A stretch of DNA of 64,000 nucleotides from an uncultured Spirochaetota bacterium (GCA_963745235.1 CAVUXE010000053.1:128001-192000), one strand, 5' to 3'. Numbered from the stretch's first letter, positions 42,071 to 52,087 are shown. The notes: generated by a model from the sequence alone, not told the origin. Numbers and translations are program-made.

Positions 42071-43243
42071 GTGACCCTCCGTGAATCCTTCTTTGCGGCT
42101 GTCCGCGGCGAGCCTCTGGAGCGCGCGCCTTTTTTCCCCGACATCACCTCGTGGTACGCGCTCACACGCATACCGCTGGGGCAGGAGCAGCCCTATTTTC
42201 CCGGGCAGTACATCCCGGACGACAGCGCTATTCACGACCTGCCGAGCAGGCTCTCCGGCCCGCTCGCCACGCTTACTTTCACGGACTTCTACCGCGAGCT
42301 CGGCTGGGGGCTGCCGGTGCACGTGTACGACTGGTGCGAGGAACGCTACGTCGGCGGGGTGGAAAAGGTGATCCGGCAGGCGGAGGGCCACCGCACCGTG
42401 ACCTTCCACACGCCCCGCGGGGATCTCGAGCGCACCTATAAACTGGATGCCGAAGGAACATGGAGCGAGTACGGCCACATGGTGAAGCTCCCGGCGGAGC
42501 TGGACATCGTGCGCTGCATCGTGGCGGCCACGCGCTTCGAGCCGCACCACGAGCGGATCCAGAGGTTCCTCCGGGACACCGAGGAATTCGGGGTCTGCGA
42601 CCTTGTGGTCAACCGCTCCCCGTTCGGCAAGCTGATCCACGAGTACATGGGGTTCGAACAGGTCGCCTACGTCTTGAACGACGACCCGGCCGCGGTGCTG
42701 GAGCTCATGGCGTTTCAGGAGGAGAAGGACCTGGAGCTGATCCGCCTGGCGGCGCTGGCGCCGGGATCCATCGTCATCATCTCCGACCACGCGGATGAGA
42801 ACCTCATCTCCCCGGCCTGGTACCGCACGTACTGCATGCCGTTTTACCACAAGGCCTGCGCCATCCTGCACCAGGCGGGAAAGCTCGTGTCCACGCACCT
42901 GGACGGAAACTTCAAGGGATACCTTCCGTTCATTGGAGACACTGGGTTCGACCTCCTGGACGGCTGCACGCCGGCGCCCATGTTCAACTACGAGCCGGAA
43001 GAGTTGGCCGCGGCCACCTGCGGCGCCGGCGGGAAGAGACGCCTCGGCTGCTACTGCGGCGTCCCGGCCTGCCTGTTCACCACGGGCACGCTTCCCGCTG
43101 CGCTCGCTGACTTCGCGGAGAGGATCGCGCGGGCGTTCGAGCAGCGGGTGATCGTGAACGTTGGAGACATCCTTCCCCCGAATGGGGAAATAGATGGCGT
43201 CATCGAGATCGGCAGGCGGATGGCCGCCCGGGGCCGTCCATGA
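42071..43243 (+). CDS. Uroporphyrinogen decarboxylase-like family protein
   Basis: TPRGDL, ISPAWYRTYCMPFY, HLDG, TPAPM and GDILPPNG motifs. Confidence 0.75.
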   Translation: MTLRESFFAAVRGEPLERAPFFPDITSWYALTRIPLGQEQPYFPGQYIPDDSAIHDLPSRLSGPLATLTFTDFYRELGWGLPVHVYDWCEERYVGGVEKVIRQAEGHRTVTFHTPRGDLERTYKLDAEGTWSEYGHMVKLPAELDIVRCIVAATRFEPHHERIQRFLRDTEEFGVCDLVVNRSPFGKLIHEYMGFEQVAYVLNDDPAAVLELMAFQEEKDLELIRLAALAPGSIVIISDHADENLISPAWYRTYCMPFYHKACAILHQAGKLVSTHLDGNFKGYLPFIGDTGFDLLDGCTPAPMFNYEPEELAAATCGAGGKRRLGCYCGVPACLFTTGTLPAALADFAERIARAFEQRVIVNVGDILPPNGEIDGVIEIGRRMAARGRP

Positions 43244-43320
43244 GGAGCGCGGAGCCGCTTGACTGGGGGACGCGCCGGACACACCCTTTCCTTGAGGCGT
43301 CCGGTTCGAGAGGAATGTGA

Positions 43321-44103
43321 ATGTCGTACGCAAACAGGATGCGGCGGGAAAAAATCCGTGAGTACCTCGTGAGCCACCGCAGCGCTGGCGTGAAGGACCT
43401 GAGCAAGGAGCTGCACGCGAGCGACGCCACGATCAGGCGTGACTTGCGGGAGCTGGCGGGAGAGAACGGATTCCAGCGCACACGCGGCGGGATCATGCTG
43501 GATGAGTCCCACCCCGAGCTGTCGGTGATGCAGCGCAGCCACTACCAGGCGGAGCGGAAGAGACTGATCGGGAAGAAAGCCGCGGAGCTGGTGCAGGACG
43601 GGGAGGTGGTCTTCCTGGGCAGCGGGTCCACGACAATCGAGGTGGCCCGCAACCTCGGCGAGCATCGGGACATCACGGTCATCACGAACTCCCTGCCCAT
43701 CATCACCATCTTCGCGGAGAATCCCCGGGTCAGCCTCGTCGTTGCGGGAGGTGCGCTGCGCAGGTCGGAGCTTTCGTTCATCGGGCACATCGTGGAGAAG
43801 ACCCTCATGGAGCTGCGCGCGGACAAGGTCATCATGGGGATCCTCGGCATCCATGGGGAGCACGGCCTTACCAACGACAACCTGCCCGAGGCTGTCGTGG
43901 ACCGGTTCCTCGTGCATTACGCCCCGCAACTGGTGATCGTGGCGGATAGCTCCAAGCTCGGGAAGACGCGGGCCTCCTACGTGGGGGGCATCGAGGACAT
44001 CGACATCCTCGTGACGGACCCGGGGATCGACCCCGAGATGCGGGCGGAGCTGGAGAAGAGAGGCGTCAGGATCGTCCTAGCGGGAGAAACCGGCGGCGCA
44101 TGA
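43321..44103 (+). CDS. DeoR/GlpR family transcriptional regulator
   Basis: SDATIRRDLREL, RTRGG, GSGSTT, VITNSL and ADSSKLG motifs. Confidence 0.95.
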   Translation: MSYANRMRREKIREYLVSHRSAGVKDLSKELHASDATIRRDLRELAGENGFQRTRGGIMLDESHPELSVMQRSHYQAERKRLIGKKAAELVQDGEVVFLGSGSTTIEVARNLGEHRDITVITNSLPIITIFAENPRVSLVVAGGALRRSELSFIGHIVEKTLMELRADKVIMGILGIHGEHGLTNDNLPEAVVDRFLVHYAPQLVIVADSSKLGKTRASYVGGIEDIDILVTDPGIDPEMRAELEKRGVRIVLAGETGGA

Positions 44104-45023
44104 AGAAGGTCGTCTTCCTGGGAGACTTCAACGTCGACATCATCCTGGACAACCTGGAGTCAATGCCGGTAGCGGACCGGGAGGTCCGCTGCGGAAGCTT
44201 CGACCTGGCCATCGGAAGCTCTGCGTGCATCGCGGCCTGCGCATACGCCAGCCTCGGCGGCTCCGCGTGGTTCTGCGGGCTCGCCGGGGGAGACTCCTAC
44301 GGCAGGTTCCTTCACGAAGGGCTCACCGGGCGCGGCGTGCGCACGGACGACCTCCGCTTTGACCAGCGCCTCCGTACCGGCGTGACCATCAACCTCGTCT
44401 CAGGCACCTCGCGCTCCCAGGTGACGTACCCCGGAGCCATGGCTGAGTTCTCGCTGGTGGACGTCGGGGCCGGCGTCTTTCAGGACCTGCGACACCTCCA
44501 CGTTTCGGGGGTCTTCCAGGCGGACGCCATGCTCCCCGACTTGGGAACCCTTCTTTCGCGCGCCCACGGCGCCGGTGCCACAGTGTCCCTTGACTGCCAG
44601 TGGGACCAGACGGAGCGGTGGGACCGGCTGGAGGAGTGGCTTCCATTCGTAGACTGGCTGTTCGCAAATGCGGACGAGGCCTGCTCAATGACGCGTTGCC
44701 GGCAGCCCGTGCAGGCGTTGGAGGCCCTGGCAGCTCGTACGAGGTGCCCGGTGGTGAAAGCTGGGGAGAGGGGCGCCCTGCTCTGGGTCGGCGGCCGTTG
44801 CGTCGAGGTGCCGGCGCCTCACGTGGAGGTCGTTGACACCGTGGGAGCGGGAGACAATTTCGATGCTGGCTTTCTCTACGGAACGATCGAGGAGCAGATG
44901 CCGCTCGTGGAGGCGGTCCGCTTCGCGAACGCGGCCGCCGCGCTGTCGTGCACGTACCGCGGAGGCACAGGGGCCTGTTCGAGCGCCCATGTGGTGACCC
45001 TATTCATGAAGGAGAGTGTATGA
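44100..45023 (+). CDS. PfkB family carbohydrate kinase
   Basis: GGDSYG, NADEA and VVDTVGAGDNFDAGF motifs. Confidence 0.93.
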   Translation: MKKVVFLGDFNVDIILDNLESMPVADREVRCGSFDLAIGSSACIAACAYASLGGSAWFCGLAGGDSYGRFLHEGLTGRGVRTDDLRFDQRLRTGVTINLVSGTSRSQVTYPGAMAEFSLVDVGAGVFQDLRHLHVSGVFQADAMLPDLGTLLSRAHGAGATVSLDCQWDQTERWDRLEEWLPFVDWLFANADEACSMTRCRQPVQALEALAARTRCPVVKAGERGALLWVGGRCVEVPAPHVEVVDTVGAGDNFDAGFLYGTIEEQMPLVEAVRFANAAAALSCTYRGGTGACSSAHVVTLFMKESV

Positions 45024-46197
45024 ACGAGTTCACGGACTTGCTGGGCCGGTCGGCGGAAGAGCTGGAGGGCTCTTTTCATACCGCGCACGAGATAGCGCAG
45101 CAGCCGGAGCTCTGGGGCAAAGTGCTCGATCTCCTGGAGCGGAGGCAGGTCGATGTGAGGTCCTTCATGGCCGCGGCCGGGATGACCGGGACCCACTCCT
45201 CTGTGGTCGTGCTCGCGGGGGCAGGCTCCTCTGCGTTCATTGGCGCCTCCATTGCTGACACACTGCGCGAGCGTCTGGGCCGCGGCGTCGAGGCCGTTCC
45301 CACGACGGATCTCGTCACGCATCCGCGGTCTCCGTTCTGCCCGGACCGCTCTTACGCGGTGGTCCATTTCGCGCGCTCGGGGGACTCCCCCGAGTCGGTT
45401 GCGGCCTGGCGCCTGGTGTCAGCGGCGCGCCCCGACGCCTCACACCTGGTGATCACGTGCAACCCCGACGGCGCCCTGCACCGGGAGGCGGCCCGCGTGC
45501 CGGCACCCTGTCCCTGCTCCTGCCCGCGGAGTCCAACGACCGGTCCCTCGCCATGACCAGTTCCTTCACCAGCATGGCGCTGTGCGGGATCGGCCTGGGC
45601 TTCATGACTGACCCCGCCTGCCTGCGCGCGCTCATGCGCCCCGTGTCCCGCGGTGCCAGGCGCATCATCGAAAACTACGGGAACCTCCTGGCGGACCTGG
45701 GGGCGCGCCCGTATTCCAAGGCGTGCTACCTGGGCTCACATGCCCTGGCCGGGGCCATGCAGGAGGGCGCTCTGAAGATGCTGGAGATGACAGCGGGCGC
45801 GGTCACCACCACTGCCAATTCCTTCCTCGGTATCCGTCACGGGCCACGCGTTTTTATCGATGCGAGCTGCCTGGTAGTAGCGTGCCTGTCGTCCCAGGAA
45901 AGCGTCCGCCGCTACGAGCTGGACCTCCTGCGGGACTTGCGCGACCGGGGGCAGGGGGCTGGCATCCTGGCGCTGAGCGTCCGGGATGACCCCGAGATCC
46001 AGGCGCTCGCGGACCACAGCATCGTCATTGCCGCCGACGGCGAGGAGATCCCCGACGAGCTGCGCATCCTCACGGACATTGTCGCGTGCCAGCTCCTGGC
46101 GTTTTTCGCTGCGCGAGCCCGCGGGCTCATGCCCGACTCCCCGTCTCCTGACGGCGTGATCAGCAGGGTCGTGCAGGGGGTGAGGATCTACGAATAG
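45020..46197 (+). CDS. agaS: Double-SIS domain protein, AgaS-like hexosamine-6-phosphate deaminase/isomerase (-1 indel near 45501)
   Basis: TAHEIAQQP, GAGSSAFIG, FARSGDSPES, AMTSSFTSM, EGALKMLEMTAG, GIRHGP and SRVVQGVRIY motifs. Confidence 0.85.
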
Positions 46198-46349
46198 TCA
46201 TCAACCAAGGATTTTCCGGTAGGGGACGGGATCCGCGATCAGGTCGTTCTTCGCCATGATCTCGTCAGTTCTGCCGCGACAGGCTTGGAACCACTTCACT
46301 CAGTGCCAGTGTCATCACTACATTCAATTCAAGGAGGGGGAACTCCTTC

Positions 46350-46775
46350 ATGGCTGCCGTTCAGGTCCGCTACATCGTCCACGACGTCGACAAGGCACTC
46401 GCCTTCTACTGCGGGCATCTCGGCTTCATGGAAGTCATGCACCCAGCTCCGGCCTTCGCGATGCTCAGCCGCGGCGACCTTCGTCTCGTCCTTAGCGCGC
46501 CAAATCCCGCCGGCGGGGGTGGTCAGTCAATGCCTGACGGCACCAAGCCCCAGCCGGGGGGCTGGAATCGGTTTTCGATCGAGGTGGAAGATATTGCTGG
46601 CACCGTGGAAAAGTTGCGAAAGGCAGGAGTTCGGTTCCGGAATAACATCGTCACAGGGGTTGGCGGCAAGCAAATCATTGCTGAGGATCCCTCAGGGAAC
46701 CCCGTCGAGCTGTTCGAGCCGATCCTGGACGAAGCGCGGCTGGGGAAGGAATCTGGAGGGGCAGGGGCGCCCTGA
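46350..46775 (+). CDS. VOC/glyoxalase family protein
   Basis: VRYIVHDVDKALAFY, GGWNRF and EDPSGNPVELFEP motifs. Confidence 0.9.
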   Translation: MAAVQVRYIVHDVDKALAFYCGHLGFMEVMHPAPAFAMLSRGDLRLVLSAPNPAGGGGQSMPDGTKPQPGGWNRFSIEVEDIAGTVEKLRKAGVRFRNNIVTGVGGKQIIAEDPSGNPVELFEPILDEARLGKESGGAGAP

Positions 46776-46949
46776 GTCATGCCGTTCAGTGAGAGTGGCA
46801 TTCGATGAATGCGAAACCGGGCGATCAGCAAGATCGCAATCTCTCACCGACTTCATTCAGGAAACAGGCAGTCGCACGGGAAGAAGGTCGTCATTCGCCC
46901 GGGATCGCTTTGAAAAGAGATCTGACCTCCGTGACAATAGACTCCCTTC

Positions 46950-48710
46950 TCACTGCTGGTTCCTTGGTAGCGGATATTGCGGCTGCGAAGCGCCGGGTGC
47001 GGAGCGCTGTGGATTGCCGACCCGAGGGAGCCGGTTGGACTGGGACGGCCCCGCTGGTTGCCTGACGGTTGTCTGGCGCGGAACCACACTTTGCGCCGAG
47101 GGGCGCGGAAAGCTCGTAGATGGCCTGACCGCGGGCGCGCCTTGGAAGCCCGATGAAGAACGAATCGGATGGTTTCCTCTCGCCTGCGCTTGGGGTGCGG
47201 GGCTCTGCTGTCCCGTTCCTGCCCTCTGGTATCCAGGGTTCACGACCCTCACTTGCGGACGAGCAGCGGGGGTGGGCTGTCTCACGTTAGCCAACGTTCC
47301 TGCGCCGAAAGGTTGACCGGGATGAGCCGACAAGGCTTGCTGGCGCGACGCAAAGGGCACTGCCACCGGCGCCGGCGTCAGGCGTGCTACCACGGGCCTC
47401 GAGGCTACTCCTTCGGGAGGCCTGGCAACCGGGCGCCCAGCCGCATTGAAGCCGCCCAGGACACTCTCTCTCTGCGGTACGAGTGGAGCCACCGCACCCC
47501 GCACAGGAGCTTGAACGAACCCACCGTCGGGAGCCCGTAACGCTGCCTGCGATGTCGGTTGTCCCCGCACAAAAGCATCGTTTGGCACAACAGTCACAGC
47601 GCCAGGTACGTTACGATTCACGTAGTTGAAGTGCTCCACGTCCACGTTGTGAAGTCGTGTGTGGTCGGTTCGGTAGGGTGCAACATAAGGCTCGTGGGGG
47701 CCAAGAGGAAACCACCCGACGCTGTCGCTGGGGGCCTGGTTGGGGCGCCAGCCCTGACCTCCGACGAATGTCACAAGCGCAGGCGCATAGACGGGGTGAC
47801 CAATATGAGCCCCTGGCACCCATACCCAGGCGTTGCTGCGGAAAGCCCAACGGCCGTAGTGGAAGGGAGCAAACCCCCAGGGAGCATCATCAATCCAGGT
47901 CCAGCCCCAAGGGTCCACCCAAGCCCAGTGCCCGAAGTGGTACGGCGCCCATCCCGCCACTGTGATCGTCGGCGACCAGACAGGCCCCAGGTCCGGGTCA
48001 ACGCTCCAAGTGCCGTTCTGGTCCAGGTCTTCCACGCCATCGACTTCGTTAGGAGGTACATACTGAGCTGAGGCGATGTGGTCTTCCTTCTGGTCCCGGG
48101 CCTGACACCACAGGTCCCAATCGTCAAGAGCGGGAGCACTTGCTACTTGGTACGTGGGTGAATCCGTACCTGTGACGGTAACCGTTTGCTGTCGACGCAG
48201 GGGGAATACCGAGCTGCCCGCGGTCACTTCAATCTCGCCCGAACGCGCTGTGGCGGTTGTGTCTCCACTCTGCTGGACATCGATCCGATAGATGCCGGCG
48301 CGAAGAAGCGAAAGGCTCGCGTTGGGGGTATCTACCTCGAACTCTTCGTTGGGACCGAGCGCACGAAGGCGAATATTCAGCGATCCAGTCGACAATCGAA
48401 TCTGGACTGTCTGGTCGTTCAGATTGAGGAAGGAAATATCTGTGTTCGAGGCAAGGCGGATCGCCGTTGAGGTCACGTGGATCTCCGCCTGACCGTCCGT
48501 ATCGGTCCAGAGATTATCCCCGATTGTCAAAGGATAGTTTAGAGTAGCGGGGGCCCAGTCCGCGACACTTTCTGGATGATACGAGACCGTCCCAGTCATG
48601 TAGTTCAGTCGGCCGACGCGACTCGGAGGATCACCCCAAAGAGCCGAGACGCCTGTGAGTGTGAGCACACAGAAACCAACAATAGAAAGCCAGCTTGAGA
48701 TCGCCTTCAT
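46950..48710 (-). CDS. Secreted FecR-domain plus DUF6600-like (Trp/Pro-rich) protein
   Basis: DPPSRVGRL, NYPLTIGDNLWT, EVDTPNA and WAPYHFGHWAWVDPWGWTWIDDAPWGFAPFHYGRW motifs; Pro-rich tail. Confidence 0.8.
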   Translation of the reverse strand: MKAISSWLSIVGFCVLTLTGVSALWGDPPSRVGRLNYMTGTVSYHPESVADWAPATLNYPLTIGDNLWTDTDGQAEIHVTSTAIRLASNTDISFLNLNDQTVQIRLSTGSLNIRLRALGPNEEFEVDTPNASLSLLRAGIYRIDVQQSGDTTATARSGEIEVTAGSSVFPLRRQQTVTVTGTDSPTYQVASAPALDDWDLWCQARDQKEDHIASAQYVPPNEVDGVEDLDQNGTWSVDPDLGPVWSPTITVAGWAPYHFGHWAWVDPWGWTWIDDAPWGFAPFHYGRWAFRSNAWVWVPGAHIGHPVYAPALVTFVGGQGWRPNQAPSDSVGWFPLGPHEPYVAPYRTDHTRLHNVDVEHFNYVNRNVPGAVTVVPNDAFVRGQPTSQAALRAPDGGFVQAPVRGAVAPLVPQRESVLGGFNAAGRPVARPPEGVASRPVVARLTPAPVAVPFASRQQALSAHPGQPFGAGTLANVRQPTPAARPQVRVVNPGYQRAGTGQQSPAPQAQARGNHPIRSSSGFQGAPAVRPSTSFPRPSAQSVVPRQTTVRQPAGPSQSNRLPRVGNPQRSAPGASQPQYPLPRNQQ

Positions 48711-49007
48711 GCAGTCCCTCCTCGTGGAGGCAAGCGGTCTACGATTGCCGCTGCTTCCTACGTCACTCCCTCAGGAAAGCCTTTCTGCCCGTCGAGGGGA
48801 AGAGGGGGCGCGAGCCTCGCTCGGTGGCCAACTTCTATTGACAGAGTAACGCACCTTATCTCGATTGACAATAGATATGAGATTAACGGAGGATAAAGAT
48901 AGGTTATCCGCTTGCCCCGCAGGCCATTTGCGGAAATTTCTTGGCGACGTTCGCCAGCGCCGCAACCGGCGGGGACTACCTACTCGACACGGAGGTTGAA
49001 GGTTTCT

Positions 49008-50036
49008 ATGCAAAGACTTTGGCTGGCCTGCACCTTGGGAATCGTGGCCGTTGCCTTCGCTGCTTCGGCGCAGGAAAGGCTATACAAGGTACTCGAAATA
49101 GCGAAAGTTGGAGGCGCAGGTCGCTTCGACTACGTGTACGCTGACGAAGCGGAGCGCAAGCTGTATGTTCCACGCCTCGGCGATTCCGGTCGGATCACCG
49201 TTTTTAGCCTCGATACCCTCGAGGAAGTGGGAGAAGTACCCAACACTTCAGCGCACGGGGTGGCTATTTCCGCCAAGTCCAATCATGGATTTGCAACCAG
49301 CAAGCCTGTCGCGATGTGGAACGCAAAGACCCTCACTCTGATCAAGACAATCGATGTCGGTGGAGCTCCCGACGGCATTCTATGCGACCCATTTGATGAC
49401 CGTGTTTACATCTTCAGCCATACGCCTCCCAACGCGACGGTCATAAATGCTTCAGATGGTTCTATCGCCGGCACGATTGATCTCGGTGGCGCACCGGAGC
49501 AAGCCTCGACGGACGGCCAAGGGACCATCTACGTTGATGTGGAGGATAAGGACACTATCGCAGTCATCGATGCTCGGACCATGAAGGTACGCGCTCATTA
49601 CGATCTTGCGGGAAGAGGCCATACATGCGCTGGTTTGGCCATGGACACAAAGAATCAGATCCTGTTCGCCTCTTGCCGCAAACCCAACACGATGGTGGTT
49701 CTGAACGCCAAAGACGGAAAAGTGATTACAACACTCCCCATCGGTCAGGGGAACGATGGAGACGCATTCAATCCCTCTACGATGGAGGTATTCAGCTCAC
49801 AAAGTGATGGTACGCTAACGGTGATCAAAGAGGACAGTCCGACAAGCTTTGTTGTGGAACAAACGGTCCAGACCATGCGAAGCGCCAAAACTTTGACGCT
49901 TGATGCCAGAACGGGCAGGATTTTCCTGATTGCCGCCGAATATGGCCCTCCAATAGACACTCCGCAGCAAGGTGCAAACGCACGGCATGGTCCGATGGTG
50001 CCGGGCTCATTTTCCATCCTGGTAGTTGGGAAATAG
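49008..50036 (+). CDS. YncE-like secreted beta-propeller protein
   Basis: Signal peptide; repeated blade motifs (IDVGGAPDG, IDLGGAPEQ, LPIGQGNDG). Confidence 0.8.
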   Translation: MQRLWLACTLGIVAVAFAASAQERLYKVLEIAKVGGAGRFDYVYADEAERKLYVPRLGDSGRITVFSLDTLEEVGEVPNTSAHGVAISAKSNHGFATSKPVAMWNAKTLTLIKTIDVGGAPDGILCDPFDDRVYIFSHTPPNATVINASDGSIAGTIDLGGAPEQASTDGQGTIYVDVEDKDTIAVIDARTMKVRAHYDLAGRGHTCAGLAMDTKNQILFASCRKPNTMVVLNAKDGKVITTLPIGQGNDGDAFNPSTMEVFSSQSDGTLTVIKEDSPTSFVVEQTVQTMRSAKTLTLDARTGRIFLIAAEYGPPIDTPQQGANARHGPMVPGSFSILVVGK

Positions 50037-50300
50037 CTTGCAGCCATTTTTCGACCAGCGCCCGACAGCGTTTGCGCCTCGACTCCTATAAGGCACTGAT
50101 GTTCAGAATTGTCAACATACCGAATCCCAATTGTCCCAAAGATATGAGTCTTCCTTACCCTATGCAATACGTCCATACCCGACCGGCTCTTCGCAAAGCT
50201 CGCAGAAGGCGCCGGGTTCCGACATCCCGCCGTTCATTTCGTGTGCTTCCGCCAGACTGTTCCGCTGGTCAAGCGTGGGTTTTTCTGACGAAGCCACGCC

Positions 50301-50339
50301 TTGACTGCCACGAATTTATCTGTTACATTGCACAATATA
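50301..50339 (+). promoter_or_regulatory. Promoter copy A with shared 28-bp element
   Basis: TTGACT-17-TACATT; 50312-50339 is 25/28 identical to 52026-52053. Confidence 0.75.
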
Positions 50340-50341
50340 AG

Positions 50342-50506
50342 TGTGCAATCACCTGGAAAGGGGGAGATTTGCGATTGCAGCTGGCCGCGGGGGTAGGCGA
50401 ACATGAATGACGCGGACGGCTCCGGCATGAGGCGAAATCGAATCCCGGAATTGTAACGCTTCTCCTGAGAAGAAGGAGTACCCCGCCGGGAGCAGGATTG
50501 GCCAGC
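50342..50506 (+). ncRNA. Candidate structured RNA or long leader downstream of promoter A
   Basis: Pairings TGCAATC/GATTGCA, GCTGGCC/GGCCAGC, GCGGGGGTA/TACCCCGC and TCCGG/CCGGA. Confidence 0.35.
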
Positions 50507-50529
50507 GTGGTCTTACAAAGGAGCAAACA

Positions 50530-50763
50530 ATGTTTACGAAGATATTGGTACCCTTGAATGGGTCCGGGCGTGCGGAAGTGATGCTTCCGCAGCAAGGGCC
50601 CTGGATCGAAATCTTGGAGCAATGTGATCATTGCGGTGGTTCGGGCTGCGAGCCACTCTTGCCAACGGGCGGTGTCTGCGTTGATTGCAAGGGCGAGAAA
50701 ACGACAAGAAAGAGAGTCACTCTATCAAAATTAGATTCGCTCCTGAGAGCAAATCGCTTTTAG
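50530..50763 (+). CDS. Small protein with USP-like N-terminus and DnaJ-type Zn-finger motifs
   Basis: SD AAGGAG; MFTKILVPLNGSGRAE then CDHCGGSG...CVDCKGE. Confidence 0.55.
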   Translation: MFTKILVPLNGSGRAEVMLPQQGPWIEILEQCDHCGGSGCEPLLPTGGVCVDCKGEKTTRKRVTLSKLDSLLRANRF

Positions 50764-50832
50764 CAATTTCTTCGCCTCGGGCTTTGGGGGCCAAGAGAGC
50801 GGGTGCACGAAACGACAGGAGAGGTCGGAAAC

Positions 50833-51123
50833 ATGGACAAGCATGAAGCGGGAAAGCAAAGAGCAGAGCAATTCGTCACGAAGGTAATGAGAACCATGAA
50901 ACAGGATGGCGTGGTGGATGCGTTCCTCTGGTGGCCGGAGATCCTGCCCGAGCCGGACGGGTCGGGCGGGCCGAACGACACGACAGTGCCACTCCGCATG
51001 TACAAAGGAAACAGTTGGAGATCGATTGGGTTTGCAGGATCGGATATCGACGGGAGCGTGGACGACCCGGAGGTACTCAAGAAATATGAAAGCGAAGTGG
51101 CCCAGAGCCTGGCGGAGCTCTAG
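50833..51123 (+). CDS. Hypothetical protein (96 aa)
   Basis: SD GGAGAGG before ATG; plausible globular composition. Confidence 0.6.
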   Translation: MDKHEAGKQRAEQFVTKVMRTMKQDGVVDAFLWWPEILPEPDGSGGPNDTTVPLRMYKGNSWRSIGFAGSDIDGSVDDPEVLKKYESEVAQSLAEL

Positions 51124-51437
51124 CTTCCCCTCTGGATGCGGACCCTCTACTTTCTGGGGAGATGATGAAGCCTTCAAAGCCCCGCAAATCTTGACCCTTT
51201 GCTCCGCAGGCTTCCAGGCCCAGTGCTGGCGGCGTTCGCAACCTGACGACTCCAGCCGACCGTCCTTTCGCTCATTGAGACTCACATAAGGCAGCGATTT
51301 CGAGACCCGACCGAGTTCCTCAGAAGCCAGGACCCTGAGAAGTGGCATCCGGCCGCATAGTCCCCACGGCGGCAACACAATTGCACCGGGCGGAAAAGCA
51401 AGAGATTGAAGTTCAAGATGCCGCCGTTCTGCCAAAC

Positions 51438-51929
51438 CTATCGGTCAAGCACTTCTTCGACCGAACGTGGAATCTTGTCTCCCATCGGCGCATCCTTCGA
51501 GTCGAAGCGGTTGACGACCTTACCCGCGCGATCAACGAGGAATTTGTTGAAATTCCAGGTGATCTTCCCTGGAAATGCGGGATCCGTATCTTTGTCCGTG
51601 AGGAATGTGTAAAGGGGGTGGATGTCCCTCCCTTTCACGGAGATTTTAGAGAACATCGGGAAGGTGACGCCGTATGTCAGACTGCAGAAGCTCTGGATTT
51701 CTGCATCAGTTCCCGGCTCTTGGCGCCCGAAATTGTTCGCAGGGAACCCGAGGATTTCAAAGCCTCGTTCCCGGTAACGTTTATAAAGAGACTCCAGTCC
51801 CTCGTACTGGGGTGTAAAACCGCATTTGCTTGCGACGTTAACGATCAGGAGGACTTTCCCGACGAAGTCCGAAAGGGACCTCTCCGTTCCATCAATGGCC
51901 TTCACCGTGAAGGCGTACAAGTTCTTCAT
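51438..51929 (-). CDS. Glutathione peroxidase (Cys type)
   Basis: VNVASKCGFTPQY, GFPANNFGRQEPG and WNFNKFLVDRAG motifs. Confidence 0.95.
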   Translation of the reverse strand: MKNLYAFTVKAIDGTERSLSDFVGKVLLIVNVASKCGFTPQYEGLESLYKRYRERGFEILGFPANNFGRQEPGTDAEIQSFCSLTYGVTFPMFSKISVKGRDIHPLYTFLTDKDTDPAFPGKITWNFNKFLVDRAGKVVNRFDSKDAPMGDKIPRSVEEVLDR

Positions 51930-52014
51930 GTCCCAATAATAGTCATCTACGAATTGGATGGAAAGGACGATAGCAGCCCAGAACCACCCAGCGCTGCAGT
52001 TCAGTAAACCGATG

Positions 52015-52053
52015 TTGACACAGTAGAATTTATCTGTTATATTACACAACATA
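52015..52053 (+). promoter_or_regulatory. Promoter copy B (recombinase promoter) with shared 28-bp element
   Basis: TTGACA-17-TATATT; CTGT-N8-ACAA overlaps the -10. Confidence 0.8.
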
Positions 52054-52087
52054 GATGCGGCAAATCAGGGGAGTTGGAGCATTAGAA

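Noticed and set aside
46789-46847. Hammerhead ribozyme
   Set aside because: GAAA follows a stem but the CUGANGA core is missing on both strands
51150-51200. Fluoride riboswitch (GGAGATGATG...)
   Set aside because: The pseudoknot partner and downstream conserved segment are absent, and no related gene follows
51438-51929. Selenocysteine glutathione peroxidase
   Set aside because: The active-site codon is Cys and there is no in-frame TGA
50312-52053. dif/Xer sites
   Set aside because: Only a partial TATGTT resemblance; the 11-6-11 layout is not matched and both copies fit promoter geometry
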